Assembly: GCA_016716705.1 (NCBI GenBank)
Contig: JADJVF010000017.1
Coordinates: 53,808-117,807 of the forward strand
From: Holophagales bacterium
GTDB taxonomy: Bacteria; Acidobacteriota; Thermoanaerobaculia; UBA5066
Length of the DNA stretch: 64,000 bases
Direction of reading: 5' to 3'
Shown here: one piece after another, positions 1 through 10,055 of the stretch
Layout of the letters: each line of letters starts with the position of its first letter
Numbering within the stretch: the first letter of the stretch is position 1
Made by a program: the position numbers and the translations under genes
Notes under the pieces: generated by a model
The model's input: only the letters and a program-made list of their open reading frames with translations
Databases searched by the model: none
Told to the model about the DNA's origin: nothing

Positions 1-654
1 GAAATCACGATGTCCGCCAAGGTCGGCGGCGGCGTCGTCGACTCGAACCCGCGCCTTCGAAGCGCGGTCCTCGCCGCCAAGAAGGCGTCGATGCCGTCGG
101 ACAACATCGACAAGGCGATCAAGCGGGGGACGGGCGAGCTCGAGGGAGTCACCTACGAGGAAATCACCTACGAGGGCTACGGGCCGGGAGGCGCCGCGAT
201 CCTCATCGAGGCGATGACCGACAACAAGAACCGGACGACCGCCGAGGTCCGCCACCTCCTCTCGAAGTACGGCGGGAACCTGGGAGCGACCGGATCGGTC
301 GCGTTCCAGTTCTCGAAGAAGGGCTACATCGCCGTCGAGAAGAGCGCCGCCTCCGAGGACGCGCTCATGGAAGCGGCGCTCGAGGCCGGCGCCGAGGACT
401 TTCAGGCCGAGGATTCCGACGTCTACGAGATCATCACCGACCTGGCCTCCTTCGAGACGGTGAAGGCGCAGCTCGAGGCGAAGAAGTTCGCGCTCCAGAC
501 CGCCGAGCTCCAGATGATCCCGTCGACGATGGTCGCCGTCGGCGAGAAGGCCCCGGCGCTCCTGAAGCTCCTCGACATGCTCGAGGACAACGACGACGTC
601 CAGAAGGTCTGGTCGAGCGGCGACATCGACGACCAGTACCTCGAGGACACCTGA
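1..654 (+). CDS. yebC: YebC/PmpR family transcriptional regulator, partial (N-terminus lies upstream of the window)
   Basis: ORF 10..654. Its translation matches the C-terminal two-thirds of YebC-family proteins and it is followed directly by ruvC, the classic yebC-ruvC synteny. Confidence 0.85.
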   Translation, partial: EITMSAKVGGGVVDSNPRLRSAVLAAKKASMPSDNIDKAIKRGTGELEGVTYEEITYEGYGPGGAAILIEAMTDNKNRTTAEVRHLLSKYGGNLGATGSVAFQFSKKGYIAVEKSAASEDALMEAALEAGAEDFQAEDSDVYEIITDLASFETVKAQLEAKKFALQTAELQMIPSTMVAVGEKAPALLKLLDMLEDNDDVQKVWSSGDIDDQYLEDT

Positions 655-667
655 GCCCCGCCCGGCA

Positions 668-1204
668 GTGAGGATCCTCGGCGTCGACCCGGGGAGCCGC
701 GCCGCCGGCTGGGCTCTCGTCTCCTTCGACGGACCGCCCCGGCTCGTCGCCGCCGGGGTCCTGCGTCCCGCCACGAACACGCCGTTCGCCGAGAGGCTCC
801 TCGCGCTCCACGACGGCCTCCTCTCCGTCGTGGAGCGCGAGCACCCCGACGAGGCGGCCGTGGAACGGGTCTTCTCGGGCGTCAATCCCCAGAGCCTCAT
901 CACGCTCGGCGAGGCACGGGGGGTCCTCCTCCTCGCCCTCGCTCGCGCAGCGCTCCCGATCCACGAGGTCACGCCCGCCGAGATCAAGAAGACGATCACC
1001 GGCACGGGCCAGGCCGAAAAGGAGCAGGTCCGCAGGATGGTCCTTTCGCTCCTCGGCTCTCCTTCGGGCTTCTCGCGCCTGGCGCTCGACGCTGCCGACG
1101 CAGCGGCGGCCGCCCTCACGCACGGGTTCCGGACGGCGGCCGGGAGGTGTGCCGCCCTGTCCTCGGCCGCGCCTTCTCCCGTCCGGCACCGCGTGGGCGG
1201 TTGA
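668..1204 (+). CDS. ruvC: Crossover junction endodeoxyribonuclease RuvC (Holliday junction resolvase)
   Basis: The translation starts MRILGVDPG, which carries the RNase H-fold catalytic Asp motif of RuvC. It lies 14 nt after yebC. Confidence 0.85.
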   Translation: MRILGVDPGSRAAGWALVSFDGPPRLVAAGVLRPATNTPFAERLLALHDGLLSVVEREHPDEAAVERVFSGVNPQSLITLGEARGVLLLALARAALPIHEVTPAEIKKTITGTGQAEKEQVRRMVLSLLGSPSGFSRLALDAADAAAAALTHGFRTAAGRCAALSSAAPSPVRHRVGG

Positions 1205-1253
1205 GCATCCGGGGGGCGGGTGCTATCGTCTCGCCTCGCGAGACTGCCCACAA

Positions 1254-2147
1254 ATGTCTTTCCAAGGCTCCCTCAAAGAACTCCCCCTCGCCGACATCGT
1301 GCAGCTCGTCGCTGTATCGGGGAAGACCGGGATGTTTGCCCTGAGCCGCGGCGCAGAACAGGGCGCCGTCTACATCCAGAACGGTCAGATCACGCACGCG
1401 AAAGTGAACGACATCGAGGGTGAGGACGCCATCTACGCCCTCGCGCTCTGGAATGAAGGCCAGTTCCAGTTCTCCGCCGGCATCGAGCCTGACGGCCGGA
1501 CGATCACCCGCTCGAACACGAACCTCCTCATGGAGGCGGCGCGGCGGAGCGACGAGTGGAAGATCCTCTCGAGGAAGATCCCCTCGACAGAATCCGTTCC
1601 CCAGCTCGTCTGCCGGGAAGGGCTCAGCGAGCCGGTGACCCTCACGCCGATGGAGTGGCTCGTCGTCACGGGAATCGACGGTTTCAAGTCCATCGAGGAG
1701 ATCGCCCGGGCGGCTCGTATTTCGGCCTTCGACGTCGCCAAGACGCTCTATGGCCTCATCACCGCAGACCTCGTGGGGATCCGATCGAAGGCCGACGCCC
1801 GGGCGGCGTCCGCTCCTGCGCCTCCGGCCGCAGCGCCCGCCCCGTCGCCCGCCGGTCCCGTGGTCACGACGCACAGCGGCGTCTTCAACGCGGTGACTCG
1901 TGGCGACGAGCGCCGGAGCCTCCAGATCCTCTGCACGAAGGTGAAGCAGGAGGCCGAGAGCGCCGCTCTCGCCCCGGGAGACCCCGCGATCGACCGGCTC
2001 TACCGCGCCGCCCTCGGCGAAGTCGACAAGGGACGCGGCCTCGACGTCGTGAGGGAGCTCATCCGAAGCCTCGAGCAGACGGTCGCCGCTCTCCGCGGAC
2101 GCGAGGCGAGCCTCGCCTTCCGCGAGAAGATGGCCCCCCTGCTCTGA
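1254..2147 (+). CDS. DUF4388 (PATAN/receiver-like) domain protein
   Basis: From the internal ATG at 1254, the N-terminus reads SLKELPLADIVQLV...GKTG, as in DUF4388 proteins. The ORF-track start at 1149 adds an implausible Pro/Arg-rich leader. Confidence 0.55.
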   Translation: MSFQGSLKELPLADIVQLVAVSGKTGMFALSRGAEQGAVYIQNGQITHAKVNDIEGEDAIYALALWNEGQFQFSAGIEPDGRTITRSNTNLLMEAARRSDEWKILSRKIPSTESVPQLVCREGLSEPVTLTPMEWLVVTGIDGFKSIEEIARAARISAFDVAKTLYGLITADLVGIRSKADARAASAPAPPAAAPAPSPAGPVVTTHSGVFNAVTRGDERRSLQILCTKVKQEAESAALAPGDPAIDRLYRAALGEVDKGRGLDVVRELIRSLEQTVAALRGREASLAFREKMAPLL

Positions 2148-2551
2148 AGTGTTGGTGGGAAACCCGAGGCCGGGTTTCCCACGCCCTTCCGCGCCCCGGA
2201 GATCGGCCAGGAATCCCTTCCCGCCGCGCCCTCTCCTGTCGTGGCGCTCGGCCGGGTTGCCGGACCCTTCCGCGCCCGCCGGGCGCGAATCAACGCCTGC
2301 GCTGCTTTTTCCTCTATCACGGAACCGCGGGAGTCGGCATTCCCGTTTCCAGACGCCTCGGGGGCTGGCGACAGGACGACGGCCCCCCCCCAGGTTCCTA
2401 ATGACGACCGGGATGGTCAATTGACTTTGCCGGGAAATCCCGTGCTGCTAGACTCTTGACAACTGATCCGAGCCCAGGACGCGGAGCCGCATCACCTTCC
2501 CCGGGTATGGGGGTGACTCGTCCGGTCCCCGGCTGGAAATAAGGAGACTCG

Positions 2552-3904
2552 ATGCGACGGATGCGGACCGGACTCCTCCTCGCGCTGGCCGTGGCACTTC
2601 TCGCGGCTTCTCCGCTGAGCGCTCAGGTGGCTCCCAGCCTCACCGGCGAGACCGGGCTCTTCGAAATCTACGACGCGCAGACGGTCCCACAGGGACGCTT
2701 CGCGTTCTCCCTCTTCTACAGCATGTACGACAGGACGGCGGCGCCCGTGCCCTATGCGGGCACGCTCGCCGACGACCCGCTGCGGTACAGCAGCGACAAG
2801 CTCGGGCTGACGCTCGCGTTCGGCCTCCTGCCGAACTGGGAGGCGTCTTTCTCCGCCGGCCAGCGGGCCTATGACGCCGATGGCCGCGCCTGGGCGGGGG
2901 TCATCGGCGGGCGGAACCAGTACGGCGCGGTCAATCACGACGAGTCCGACAAGTTGCGGATCGGGACGAAGGTCATCCTCAACCAGAAGGACCCGCTGAA
3001 GGTCGCGCTCTTCGGCGCGGTCTACATCCCGACCCAGTCGCGCAACGACGAGTACGCGCTCTCGACCTGGAGGACCGACTGGGAGTGGGGCTTCTCGGGG
3101 ACCTACGGGATCTTCACCGGGCAGTTCGCCTACCTCTGGACCGCCGATGCGACCACCGACTACGACTCGTACGACGTCTCCAACGAGATGCGCTGGTCCG
3201 CGGGCCTCGGCCTGCCGCTCATCCCGGACAGGCTGAAGGGAATCGTCGAGGTCCACCGGACGATGTACGACGGCGGGACGACGCAGCCGCCCGACTTCAC
3301 GGACGCCGTTCTCGGCGCGCGCCTCGCTCTCGGGGACTACTTCGTCGCCAGCGCGGGCGTTCGCGCGAACGTCGACCGCTGGGTGAAGTACGGCAGCTCC
3401 CCGAGCAACATCGGCGGCATCCTCCAGGTCTCTTTCGCGCCGCAGCCCAAGCAGGCCGAGGCCCCGAGGGTCGTCCCGTCGCCTCACGAACCGCCCCCGG
3501 CTGAGCCGGTGCCGGCTCCGGCCCCCGTCGTACAGCCCGCTCCGGCCCCGATCGTCGAGGCGCCTCCCGCTCCGAAGCCCGAGACCTCCACCACGGACGA
3601 GATTCTCTTCGACGCCGCCAAGAGCCGCCTGACGAACATCGCCAAGGCGATCCTCGACGGAGTGGCCCTCCGCCTGAAGAACAACCTCTCGGCGACCTGC
3701 ACGATCGTCGGCTTCACCGACCCGAAGGAGAAGGGCGACCACGCCGCCCTCGGCAAGGCGCGCGCCGACGCCGCGAAGGACTACCTCGTCAAGAGGCACG
3801 GCATCGACGCGTCCCGGATCCAGGTCGACGCCAGGGGCGACGCCGAGGCCGGGGACGACGCGACGCGGAACCGTCGCGCCGTCGTCACGGTCACCTTCCC
3901 GTAA
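2552..3904 (+). CDS. OmpA-family outer-membrane protein (N-terminal barrel-like domain, Pro-rich linker, C-terminal OmpA peptidoglycan-binding domain)
   Basis: A signal peptide (MRRMRTGLLLALAVALLAASPLSA) is followed by a PAPAP linker and a C-terminal domain with the OmpA-like fold signature (TCTIVGFTDPKEKGDHAALGKARADAAKDYL...NRRAVVTV). An AGGAG ribosome-binding site lies 7 nt upstream and a TTGACA -35-like hexamer is at about 2455. Confidence 0.75.
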   Translation: MRRMRTGLLLALAVALLAASPLSAQVAPSLTGETGLFEIYDAQTVPQGRFAFSLFYSMYDRTAAPVPYAGTLADDPLRYSSDKLGLTLAFGLLPNWEASFSAGQRAYDADGRAWAGVIGGRNQYGAVNHDESDKLRIGTKVILNQKDPLKVALFGAVYIPTQSRNDEYALSTWRTDWEWGFSGTYGIFTGQFAYLWTADATTDYDSYDVSNEMRWSAGLGLPLIPDRLKGIVEVHRTMYDGGTTQPPDFTDAVLGARLALGDYFVASAGVRANVDRWVKYGSSPSNIGGILQVSFAPQPKQAEAPRVVPSPHEPPPAEPVPAPAPVVQPAPAPIVEAPPAPKPETSTTDEILFDAAKSRLTNIAKAILDGVALRLKNNLSATCTIVGFTDPKEKGDHAALGKARADAAKDYLVKRHGIDASRIQVDARGDAEAGDDATRNRRAVVTVTFP

Positions 3905-3989
3905 CCCCTCCCTGATCCCGGGCTTTCCCGAGCGGCCGGCCTTTCGCCGGCCGTTCGCGTCTCTGCCCGTCGCGCTAAACTGCCCTCGC

Positions 3990-5144
3990 TTGGACAGCAG
4001 CGGCGCCTTCACGACCGGAACGAGCCCCGCACTCGGCGGGGCTTCGCATTCGCGTGCACTCGTCGTCCTCGCGACGGCCGCCGTCGTGGGACTCCTCTGG
4101 GCCGGCAAGGTCCTCTTCGTCACGCTCTTCTTCGCGGTCTTCCTCTCCTTCGCGCTCCACCCGTTCGTCGAGCTCCTCGAGAGGATCCGTGTGCCGCGGG
4201 CGCTCGCAGCCTTCGTCGTCCTCCTTCTCCTCTGCGCGCTCGTGACGTTCTTCATCGTCAACGCCCTCGACCAGGCGCAGGCCTTCTCCCGCGACTGGCC
4301 CGCGTACGAGAGAAAGATCCAGGGCCTCACCGCGCAGGCGCGAGGCCTCTTCTCCCGGATCGAGGAAGGGACCCGGCGTCTCCTGTCCGACGGGGAACGG
4401 GCCGGCGTGCGCGCCGTCCGTCTCGAAGAGGGGATGCTCGACTCCGTCGCCCGCGTCGTCCTCCAGGTGAGGACCGTCTTCTCGCTCGTCCTCTACACCG
4501 CGGCCATTCCGATCCTCGCCTTCTTCATGCTGAAGGACAGGGACAAGTACGCCGGTGCGCTCACGCGGATCCTCCGGCGCAAGGGGGGACGGGCCGCCTC
4601 CGACTTCGCCGTCAACGTCGCCCACGTCCTCTCGGGCTACGTCCTCGGCGAGCTCTTCGTCGTCCTCATCACCGCCTGCATCACGACGGCGGGGCTCCTG
4701 ATCCTCCAGGTCCCCTACAGCTACGTCCTCGGCCCCCTCGCGGGCCTCTGCGTCCTCCTTCCCTACGTCGGCGTGATCCTGTCGACGACACCCGCCCTCT
4801 TCGTGGCGTTCCTCGGGACCGACGAGCCGTTCCTCGCGCTGAAGGTCATCCTCTTCTACTCGGTCGTCCAGTTCCTGGAAGGGAACGTCCTGACGCCGTT
4901 CATCGTCGGGAGCCGGGTGAAGCTCCACCCTCTCGCCGTCCTCGTCGCGTTCCTCTTCTGGGGAATCCTCTGGGGCCTGCCCGGCGCGATCCTCGCCGTT
5001 CCCCTGACCGCCACGGTCAAGGTCGTCGGCGAGCGGTTCGAGAGGTTCGCCCCGTGGGCCGCTCTCCTGGGGGAGAGGACGCCCGACCCGGAGCCCGAGC
5101 CCGCCGAGGAGAAGAGGGAGCCGGACGAGAAGGCCGCCGGGTAG
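3990..5144 (+). CDS. AI-2E family transporter (PerM/UPF0118)
   Basis: The protein is polytopic and membrane-embedded, with the AI-2E-type C-terminal motif (LWGLPGAILAVPLTA). It uses a TTG start and is 384 aa long. Confidence 0.7.
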   Translation: MDSSGAFTTGTSPALGGASHSRALVVLATAAVVGLLWAGKVLFVTLFFAVFLSFALHPFVELLERIRVPRALAAFVVLLLLCALVTFFIVNALDQAQAFSRDWPAYERKIQGLTAQARGLFSRIEEGTRRLLSDGERAGVRAVRLEEGMLDSVARVVLQVRTVFSLVLYTAAIPILAFFMLKDRDKYAGALTRILRRKGGRAASDFAVNVAHVLSGYVLGELFVVLITACITTAGLLILQVPYSYVLGPLAGLCVLLPYVGVILSTTPALFVAFLGTDEPFLALKVILFYSVVQFLEGNVLTPFIVGSRVKLHPLAVLVAFLFWGILWGLPGAILAVPLTATVKVVGERFERFAPWAALLGERTPDPEPEPAEEKREPDEKAAG

Positions 5145-5148
5145 CGTC

Positions 5149-5817
5149 GTGTGCGGCCGGTATGTCCAGACGAGCCCCGCCGACGCGCTGGCGATCCGTT
5201 TCGGCGCCCGTCTTCCCGAGGGGTTTTCGTGGACACCGCGATGGAACGTCGCCCCCGGCACGCGCAGCGTGCTCGTCCGGGACGACGGCGACGGTCCCGT
5301 CCTCGCGTTTCTCACGTGGGGGCTGCGCCCCTCGTGGGCCAGGGACGAGTCGGGCGTACGGCCGATCAACGCCCGGGCCGAAGGCATCGGCGGCAAGCCG
5401 ATGTTCCGCGACGCGTTGAAACGCCGCCGGGCCGTCGTCCCGGCGGACGCCTTCTACGAGTGGAAGGTCGAAGCCTCCGGGAAGACTCCCTGGCTCTTCC
5501 GGCTCGCGGGGGGCAGGCCGTTCGGCTTCGCGGGACTCTGGGAGCGCTGCGAGATCCCGGGGGCCGAGCCGCTCGAGAGCTTCGCCATCGTCACCACGGT
5601 GGCAAACGAGGTCGTCCGGCCCGTCCACCCACGAATGCCGGTCCTTCTCGACGCGGAGGCCGAGGCGCTCTGGCGGCGGAACGGGCCGCTCTCCGCATCC
5701 GAGCTCGAGCGGTGTCTCGCGCCGATCGATGCCGGGACGATGGAAGCCTGGCCCGTCTCTACCTGGGTCAATGCCGCCTCTCACGACGGGCCCCGCTGCG
5801 TCGAGGCGGCGCGCTGA
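5149..5817 (+). CDS. SOS response-associated peptidase (SRAP/YedK, abasic-site processing protein)
   Basis: The translation begins MCGRY with the catalytic Cys at position 2. It also has the WNVAPG and FYEW motifs typical of the SRAP/HMCES family. Confidence 0.8.
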   Translation: MCGRYVQTSPADALAIRFGARLPEGFSWTPRWNVAPGTRSVLVRDDGDGPVLAFLTWGLRPSWARDESGVRPINARAEGIGGKPMFRDALKRRRAVVPADAFYEWKVEASGKTPWLFRLAGGRPFGFAGLWERCEIPGAEPLESFAIVTTVANEVVRPVHPRMPVLLDAEAEALWRRNGPLSASELERCLAPIDAGTMEAWPVSTWVNAASHDGPRCVEAAR

Positions 5818-5906
5818 CGGCGCCGCCGGCGTGATTCCGCCTCCCGCCGCTCCTCGCAGATCACGGTTCTTCCAATGAACCGGCCGGGCTCCTAGACTGC
5901 GCCGCG

Positions 5907-7130
5907 ATGCATCCTGCCTGCCGCGACGCGTTCAACGACTCCTTCACCGAAGAGCTCTACCGGAGGCAGTCGGCGGACCTCGCCCGGCGCGCCGGGGCGG
6001 AGGCGGGCTTCCGCCTCGCCGAGACGCCCGTCTTCCTGACGCACGAGCTGGAAGAGCGCCTCGTTTCGGCAGCGCACGGCATCCTCGCGCAGATCTCGCG
6101 ACCCGAGGCCCTCGCACGGCTCAGGCGTTTCGTCCCGCGCGAGTGGGATGCCCCCGGGATGGATGCCCTCCCGTCCCTCGCGCAGGTCGACCTGGCGATC
6201 GTCACCGGCCCGGACGGCTCCCTGGCGCCGAAGCTGATCGAGCTTCAGGGCTTCCCCTCGCTCTCGGCGTTCGAGGTGATGCAGGCCGACGCCTGGAACG
6301 AAGCGCTCGAAGGAATCCCGGGGCTTCCGGCCGCCGGGTTCAGCCCCTACTTCTCGGGCCTGACCCGCAGCGGCTTCGTGGACCTCTTCCGCCGGACCGT
6401 CGTCGGCGCGCACGACCCCGAGCACGTCGTCCTCCTCGACCTCCACCCCGAGACCCAGAAGACGTATGTCGACTTCACGGCCACGGAGAAGCTCCTCGGC
6501 GTCGAGCCCGTCTGCGCGACGAAAGTCGAGAAGGAGGGCCGAAGGCTCTTCCGCCGAAAAGGCGGCCGGTGCATCCCGATCGAACGGATCTACAACCGGG
6601 TCGTCTTCGACGAGCTGATCCGGTCGGGAGAGACTCTCCCGTTCGACTTCCGCGACGACCTCGACGTCACGTGGGCGCCGCACCCGAACTGGTTCTGGGC
6701 CTGGTCGAAGGCCGCCCTTCCCCTGCTCGACCACCCCGCCGCGCCGCGCGCACGGACGCTCTCGGAGGTCGACGTTCTCCCCGACGACCTCTCGTCGGGA
6801 TGGGTCCTCAAGCCCCTCTTCTCCTTCGCGGGCGGGGGAGTGAACATCGAACCGACCCCGGAGGACGTCGCGCGGATTCCCGAATCCGAACGGGACGTCT
6901 GGTGCCTTCAGGAGAAGATCTCGTACGCGCCGTGCCTTCGTGCCGTCGACGGCGGAGGCGTCAAGGTCGAGATCCGGATGATGTTCTTCCGTCCCGAAGG
7001 GGAATCGTCCTTCACGCTGGGCCTGAACCTCTGCCGCCTCTCCCGCGGCCGGATGCTCGGGGTCGACTTCAACAAGGACTTCACCTGGGTCGGCTCCTCC
7101 GTCGCGCTCCGGCCTCCGGCCGGTTCCTGA
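5907..7130 (+). CDS. Hypothetical protein (407 aa), possibly ATP-grasp-like
   Basis: This is a long ORF with codon-biased, non-repetitive sequence. I do not recognise a confident family. Confidence 0.4.
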   Translation: MHPACRDAFNDSFTEELYRRQSADLARRAGAEAGFRLAETPVFLTHELEERLVSAAHGILAQISRPEALARLRRFVPREWDAPGMDALPSLAQVDLAIVTGPDGSLAPKLIELQGFPSLSAFEVMQADAWNEALEGIPGLPAAGFSPYFSGLTRSGFVDLFRRTVVGAHDPEHVVLLDLHPETQKTYVDFTATEKLLGVEPVCATKVEKEGRRLFRRKGGRCIPIERIYNRVVFDELIRSGETLPFDFRDDLDVTWAPHPNWFWAWSKAALPLLDHPAAPRARTLSEVDVLPDDLSSGWVLKPLFSFAGGGVNIEPTPEDVARIPESERDVWCLQEKISYAPCLRAVDGGGVKVEIRMMFFRPEGESSFTLGLNLCRLSRGRMLGVDFNKDFTWVGSSVALRPPAGS

Positions 7131-7201
7131 GGAGGCGGGCAGAACCCGCTTGACAGCGGACGCCCCCGCGCGGATCGTCTCGGAAACCACGGGAGGGTCA
7201 A

Positions 7202-7762
7202 TTGCCGCAGAACCTGAAAGGCCTGAAGGTCCTGTTCCTCGTCGCCCCGAAGGGATTCCAGGACGATGAGCTCGCGAAACCGCGAAAGATCCTCGAGGCG
7301 GCGGGCGCCGAGGTCGTGGTCGCTTCGTCGGCCGGTGGCTCCGTCTCCGGTCAGAGCGGAGAGACCCTCGAAGCCCTCTCCATCGTCGAGGCACGCCCCA
7401 CCGACTTTGCCGGGGCCGTCGTCGTCGGAGGCGTCGGGGCCACCGACCTCTGGGAGAACGGCATCGCGCAGAAGTTCTTCCGGATGGCCGTGCACGACGG
7501 CAAGCCCATCGGCGCGCTGTCCCTCGGCGTCGGGCTCCTCGCGAAGGCGGGCCTCCTCGAGGGAAAGGCAGCGACGATCTGGGTGACGGCCGACGCCCTG
7601 CGAGCCCTGAAGGAGGGCGGCGTCCGCTACGAGAAGAAGCCCGTCGTCATCGCCGCGGGCATCGTGACGGCCGACGGCCCGGCTTCGGCCGAGAGCTTCG
7701 GCAACATCTTCGCCGAGCTCCTCGACGGGTCGCGGACACGCTCGGGGCGCGTCACGCGCTGA
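7202..7762 (+). CDS. DJ-1/PfpI (ThiJ) family protein
   Basis: The translation shows the class I glutamine amidotransferase-like fold pattern (LKVLFLVAPKGFQDDEL...AAGAEVVVAS...). The conserved Cys is apparently replaced by a Ser/Leu context, so it may be a non-catalytic member. Confidence 0.7.
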   Translation: MPQNLKGLKVLFLVAPKGFQDDELAKPRKILEAAGAEVVVASSAGGSVSGQSGETLEALSIVEARPTDFAGAVVVGGVGATDLWENGIAQKFFRMAVHDGKPIGALSLGVGLLAKAGLLEGKAATIWVTADALRALKEGGVRYEKKPVVIAAGIVTADGPASAESFGNIFAELLDGSRTRSGRVTR

Positions 7763-7777
7763 CGGCGCTTCTCCCCT

Positions 7778-8857
7778 TCAGATCCGCGCGATCGCGGCCC
7801 CCCAGTGGAGGCCCGCGCCGAGGGCCGTGAAGCCGACGAGCTTGCCCGGGCCGATCAGGCCCTTCTCCACCGCCTCGTCGTAGACGAGGGGAAGGGTCGC
7901 GGCTGTCGTGTTCCCGTACTTCTGGATGTTGTTGAAGACCTTCGCGTCGGGAAGGCCGAGGATCTTCTGCACCGACTCGTTGATCCTCAGGTTCGCCTGG
8001 TGCATGAGCAGAAGGTCGAGCCCCTCGAGCCGGTTGCCGGTCCTTGCGAGGACTTCGCGCACCGCCTCCGGCATCAGCTGGCTCGCGAGACGGAAGACCT
8101 GCCGCCCCTCGACGATCGGGATCGTCCCGAGGTTCTCGAACATCTCCGGCGTGAAGTAGGGGCGCGACTTGCAGCCGCCGCCGGGGACGTAGAGCTTGTC
8201 CCAGTGATTGCCGTCGGTCTTCATGACGAAGCCGAGGAAGCCCCGCCCGTCGCCCGACTCGTTCGCCTCGAGGACCATCGCGCCCGCGCCGTCGCCGAAG
8301 AGGACCGCGCGGTCGCGCATCCCGGTCGCCCGCGCGTACCAGTACGGGTCGCACGGGCCGTCGGTCCGGCCGAGCATGACGTCCCACACGGACTCCGGCC
8401 ACGGCATGAGGCCCGAATGAACCTCGGCACCGACGAGGAGGACCCGGTCGTACGTTCCCGAGCGGATGAATGCGTCGGCCGTCTGCAGGCCGGAGAGGAA
8501 TCCGGCGCACTGCATCCGGATGTCGAGAGCGTGGGTCGTCGACATCCCGAGCCGCGCCGCGAGGAGGCCGCCGCTTCCCGGAAAGTAGTGGTCCGGCGTC
8601 ATCGTCGCGAAGATGACGAGGTCGATGTCGGCGGGCGTCAGGGACGCCTTCTCCATGGCAGCGCGGGCCGCCTGCGCCCCGATCTCGGCCGGGCCGACTC
8701 CCGGCTCGACGAACCGGCGCTCCCGGATGCCCGTCCGCGGGACGATCCACTCGTCGGTGGTGTCCATGATCCTCGAGAGCATCTCGTTCGTGACGATCTG
8801 GGGCGGAAGGTAGCTGCCCGAGCTGCGGATGACGGTCGTTCTCTGTGTGGAGCTCAT
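7778..8857 (-). CDS. fabH: 3-oxoacyl-[ACP] synthase III (KAS III)
   Basis: The sequence is FabH throughout, including the N-terminus (VIRSSGSYLPPQIVTNE...), the active-site Cys region (QCAGFLSGL) and the C-terminal tail (GFTALGAGLHWGAA). Confidence 0.85.
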   Translation of the reverse strand: MSSTQRTTVIRSSGSYLPPQIVTNEMLSRIMDTTDEWIVPRTGIRERRFVEPGVGPAEIGAQAARAAMEKASLTPADIDLVIFATMTPDHYFPGSGGLLAARLGMSTTHALDIRMQCAGFLSGLQTADAFIRSGTYDRVLLVGAEVHSGLMPWPESVWDVMLGRTDGPCDPYWYARATGMRDRAVLFGDGAGAMVLEANESGDGRGFLGFVMKTDGNHWDKLYVPGGGCKSRPYFTPEMFENLGTIPIVEGRQVFRLASQLMPEAVREVLARTGNRLEGLDLLLMHQANLRINESVQKILGLPDAKVFNNIQKYGNTTAATLPLVYDEAVEKGLIGPGKLVGFTALGAGLHWGAAIARI

Positions 8858-9085
8858 GCGAGGGCGGGGAGTCTAGCCCGGCCGGTCCGGTGGCGCGAGG
8901 TCGGAGTCCCCGGAGTCCCCGGAGTCCCCGGGGCGGCTTCCCGCCCAGCCCGACCGCTACCCGGCATCGAGGTTCGGAGCGCGGAACGTCCTCTTCCGTG
9001 TCCGCCCGCACGGCGCCGGCCCGGCACGCAGGTTGAAGGGGGCGCCGTGCAGGCAGAGAATGACTGCCCTACGGAGGATCGATAG

Positions 9086-9991
9086 ATGAAGAAGAACCTC
9101 GCCGTGGCGCTCGGCCTCCTCGCGGCCCTCGCCTCGTCCGCCGTGGCGGCCGCAGCCAAGCCGCGCGTGGCCGTCATCGAGTTCAAGGACAAGACGTCTC
9201 GCTACTCCTGGTACCGCGCCGGAGAGGCCGCCCAGGACATGTTCGTGACGGAGCTCGTCAAGAGCGGGAAGTACCGCGTCATCGACCGCGAGCAGCTCGC
9301 CGCGATCATGCAGGAGAAGAACCTCTCCCTCTCCGGCGAAATCGACCCGAAGACGGCGGTCAAGGCGGGCAAGCTCCTCGGGGTCGAGTACCTCGTCACC
9401 GGGGCGCTCACCGAGCTCGGCGTCGCCGACCGCGGGGCCCGGGTCCCCGGAGTGTTCGGGATGCCGTCCGTGAGCGTCGGCTCACAGAAGATGGACGCCT
9501 CGATCGACGCCCGGATGATCAACACGACGACGGGCGAGATCGTCTGGGCCGACACCGCAAAGAAGGAGACCTCCGACGCGCAGGTCTACGTCGCTGGCAC
9601 CGGCGGCGGCGTCGATGACAAGAACAAGCTCGACCGCGTCCTCAGGCCCGTCGTCATCGAGCTCGCGGCATCGATGGCGAAGGCCTCGGCCCCGACCTCC
9701 GGCCTCGGCGGCGCGAGCGACGCCTCGGGCATCGCCGGCAAGGTCGCTAAGGTCGAAGGGGGCTCCGTCTTCCTGAACGTCGGCGCCGAGGCCGGCGTCA
9801 AGGAAGGCGACACGTTCGACGTCTACCGGGTCGGCAACGTCATCAAGGACCCCGACACCGGCGAGGTGCTCGGCTCCGACGAGACGAAGGTCGGCCGCGT
9901 CAAGATCACGAAGGTGATGGGCGCCCGTCTCTCGACGGCGTCGATCGTCAACGGCTCGGGCTTCAAGGCCGGAGACATGATCAAGAACTGA
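9086..9991 (+). CDS. CsgG/HfaB-family lipoprotein (curli production assembly/transport-like)
   Basis: A signal peptide is followed by the CsgG-like core (KPRVAVIEFKDKT...YRVIDREQL...LSGEIDPKTAVKAGKLLGVEYLVTG). A good GGAGG ribosome-binding site lies upstream. Confidence 0.65.
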   Translation: MKKNLAVALGLLAALASSAVAAAAKPRVAVIEFKDKTSRYSWYRAGEAAQDMFVTELVKSGKYRVIDREQLAAIMQEKNLSLSGEIDPKTAVKAGKLLGVEYLVTGALTELGVADRGARVPGVFGMPSVSVGSQKMDASIDARMINTTTGEIVWADTAKKETSDAQVYVAGTGGGVDDKNKLDRVLRPVVIELAASMAKASAPTSGLGGASDASGIAGKVAKVEGGSVFLNVGAEAGVKEGDTFDVYRVGNVIKDPDTGEVLGSDETKVGRVKITKVMGARLSTASIVNGSGFKAGDMIKN

Positions 9992-10055
9992 CGCGCCCCG
10001 AGCGGAGCGGGAGCGGGCGCGGCGGGTTCCCCGTCGCGCCCGTTTTCTTCTTCGT

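Noticed and set aside
434-2420. Long minus-strand ORFs (434..1189, 1116..2420) overlapping yebC, ruvC and DUF4388
   Set aside because: They are Arg/Gly/Pro-rich translations of the antisense strand of clearly recognisable genes. They are typical high-GC artefacts.
3975-5396. Minus-strand 473-aa ORF and plus-strand ORFs 4054..4245 and 5054..5419
   Set aside because: They are antisense or off-frame to the AI-2E transporter and SRAP genes, and are low-complexity with no recognisable domains.
7752-9085. ORFs 7752..9011 (minus strand) and 7805..9085 (plus strand) of about 420 aa each
   Set aside because: They overlap fabH in other frames. fabH has an unambiguous family match, and these do not.
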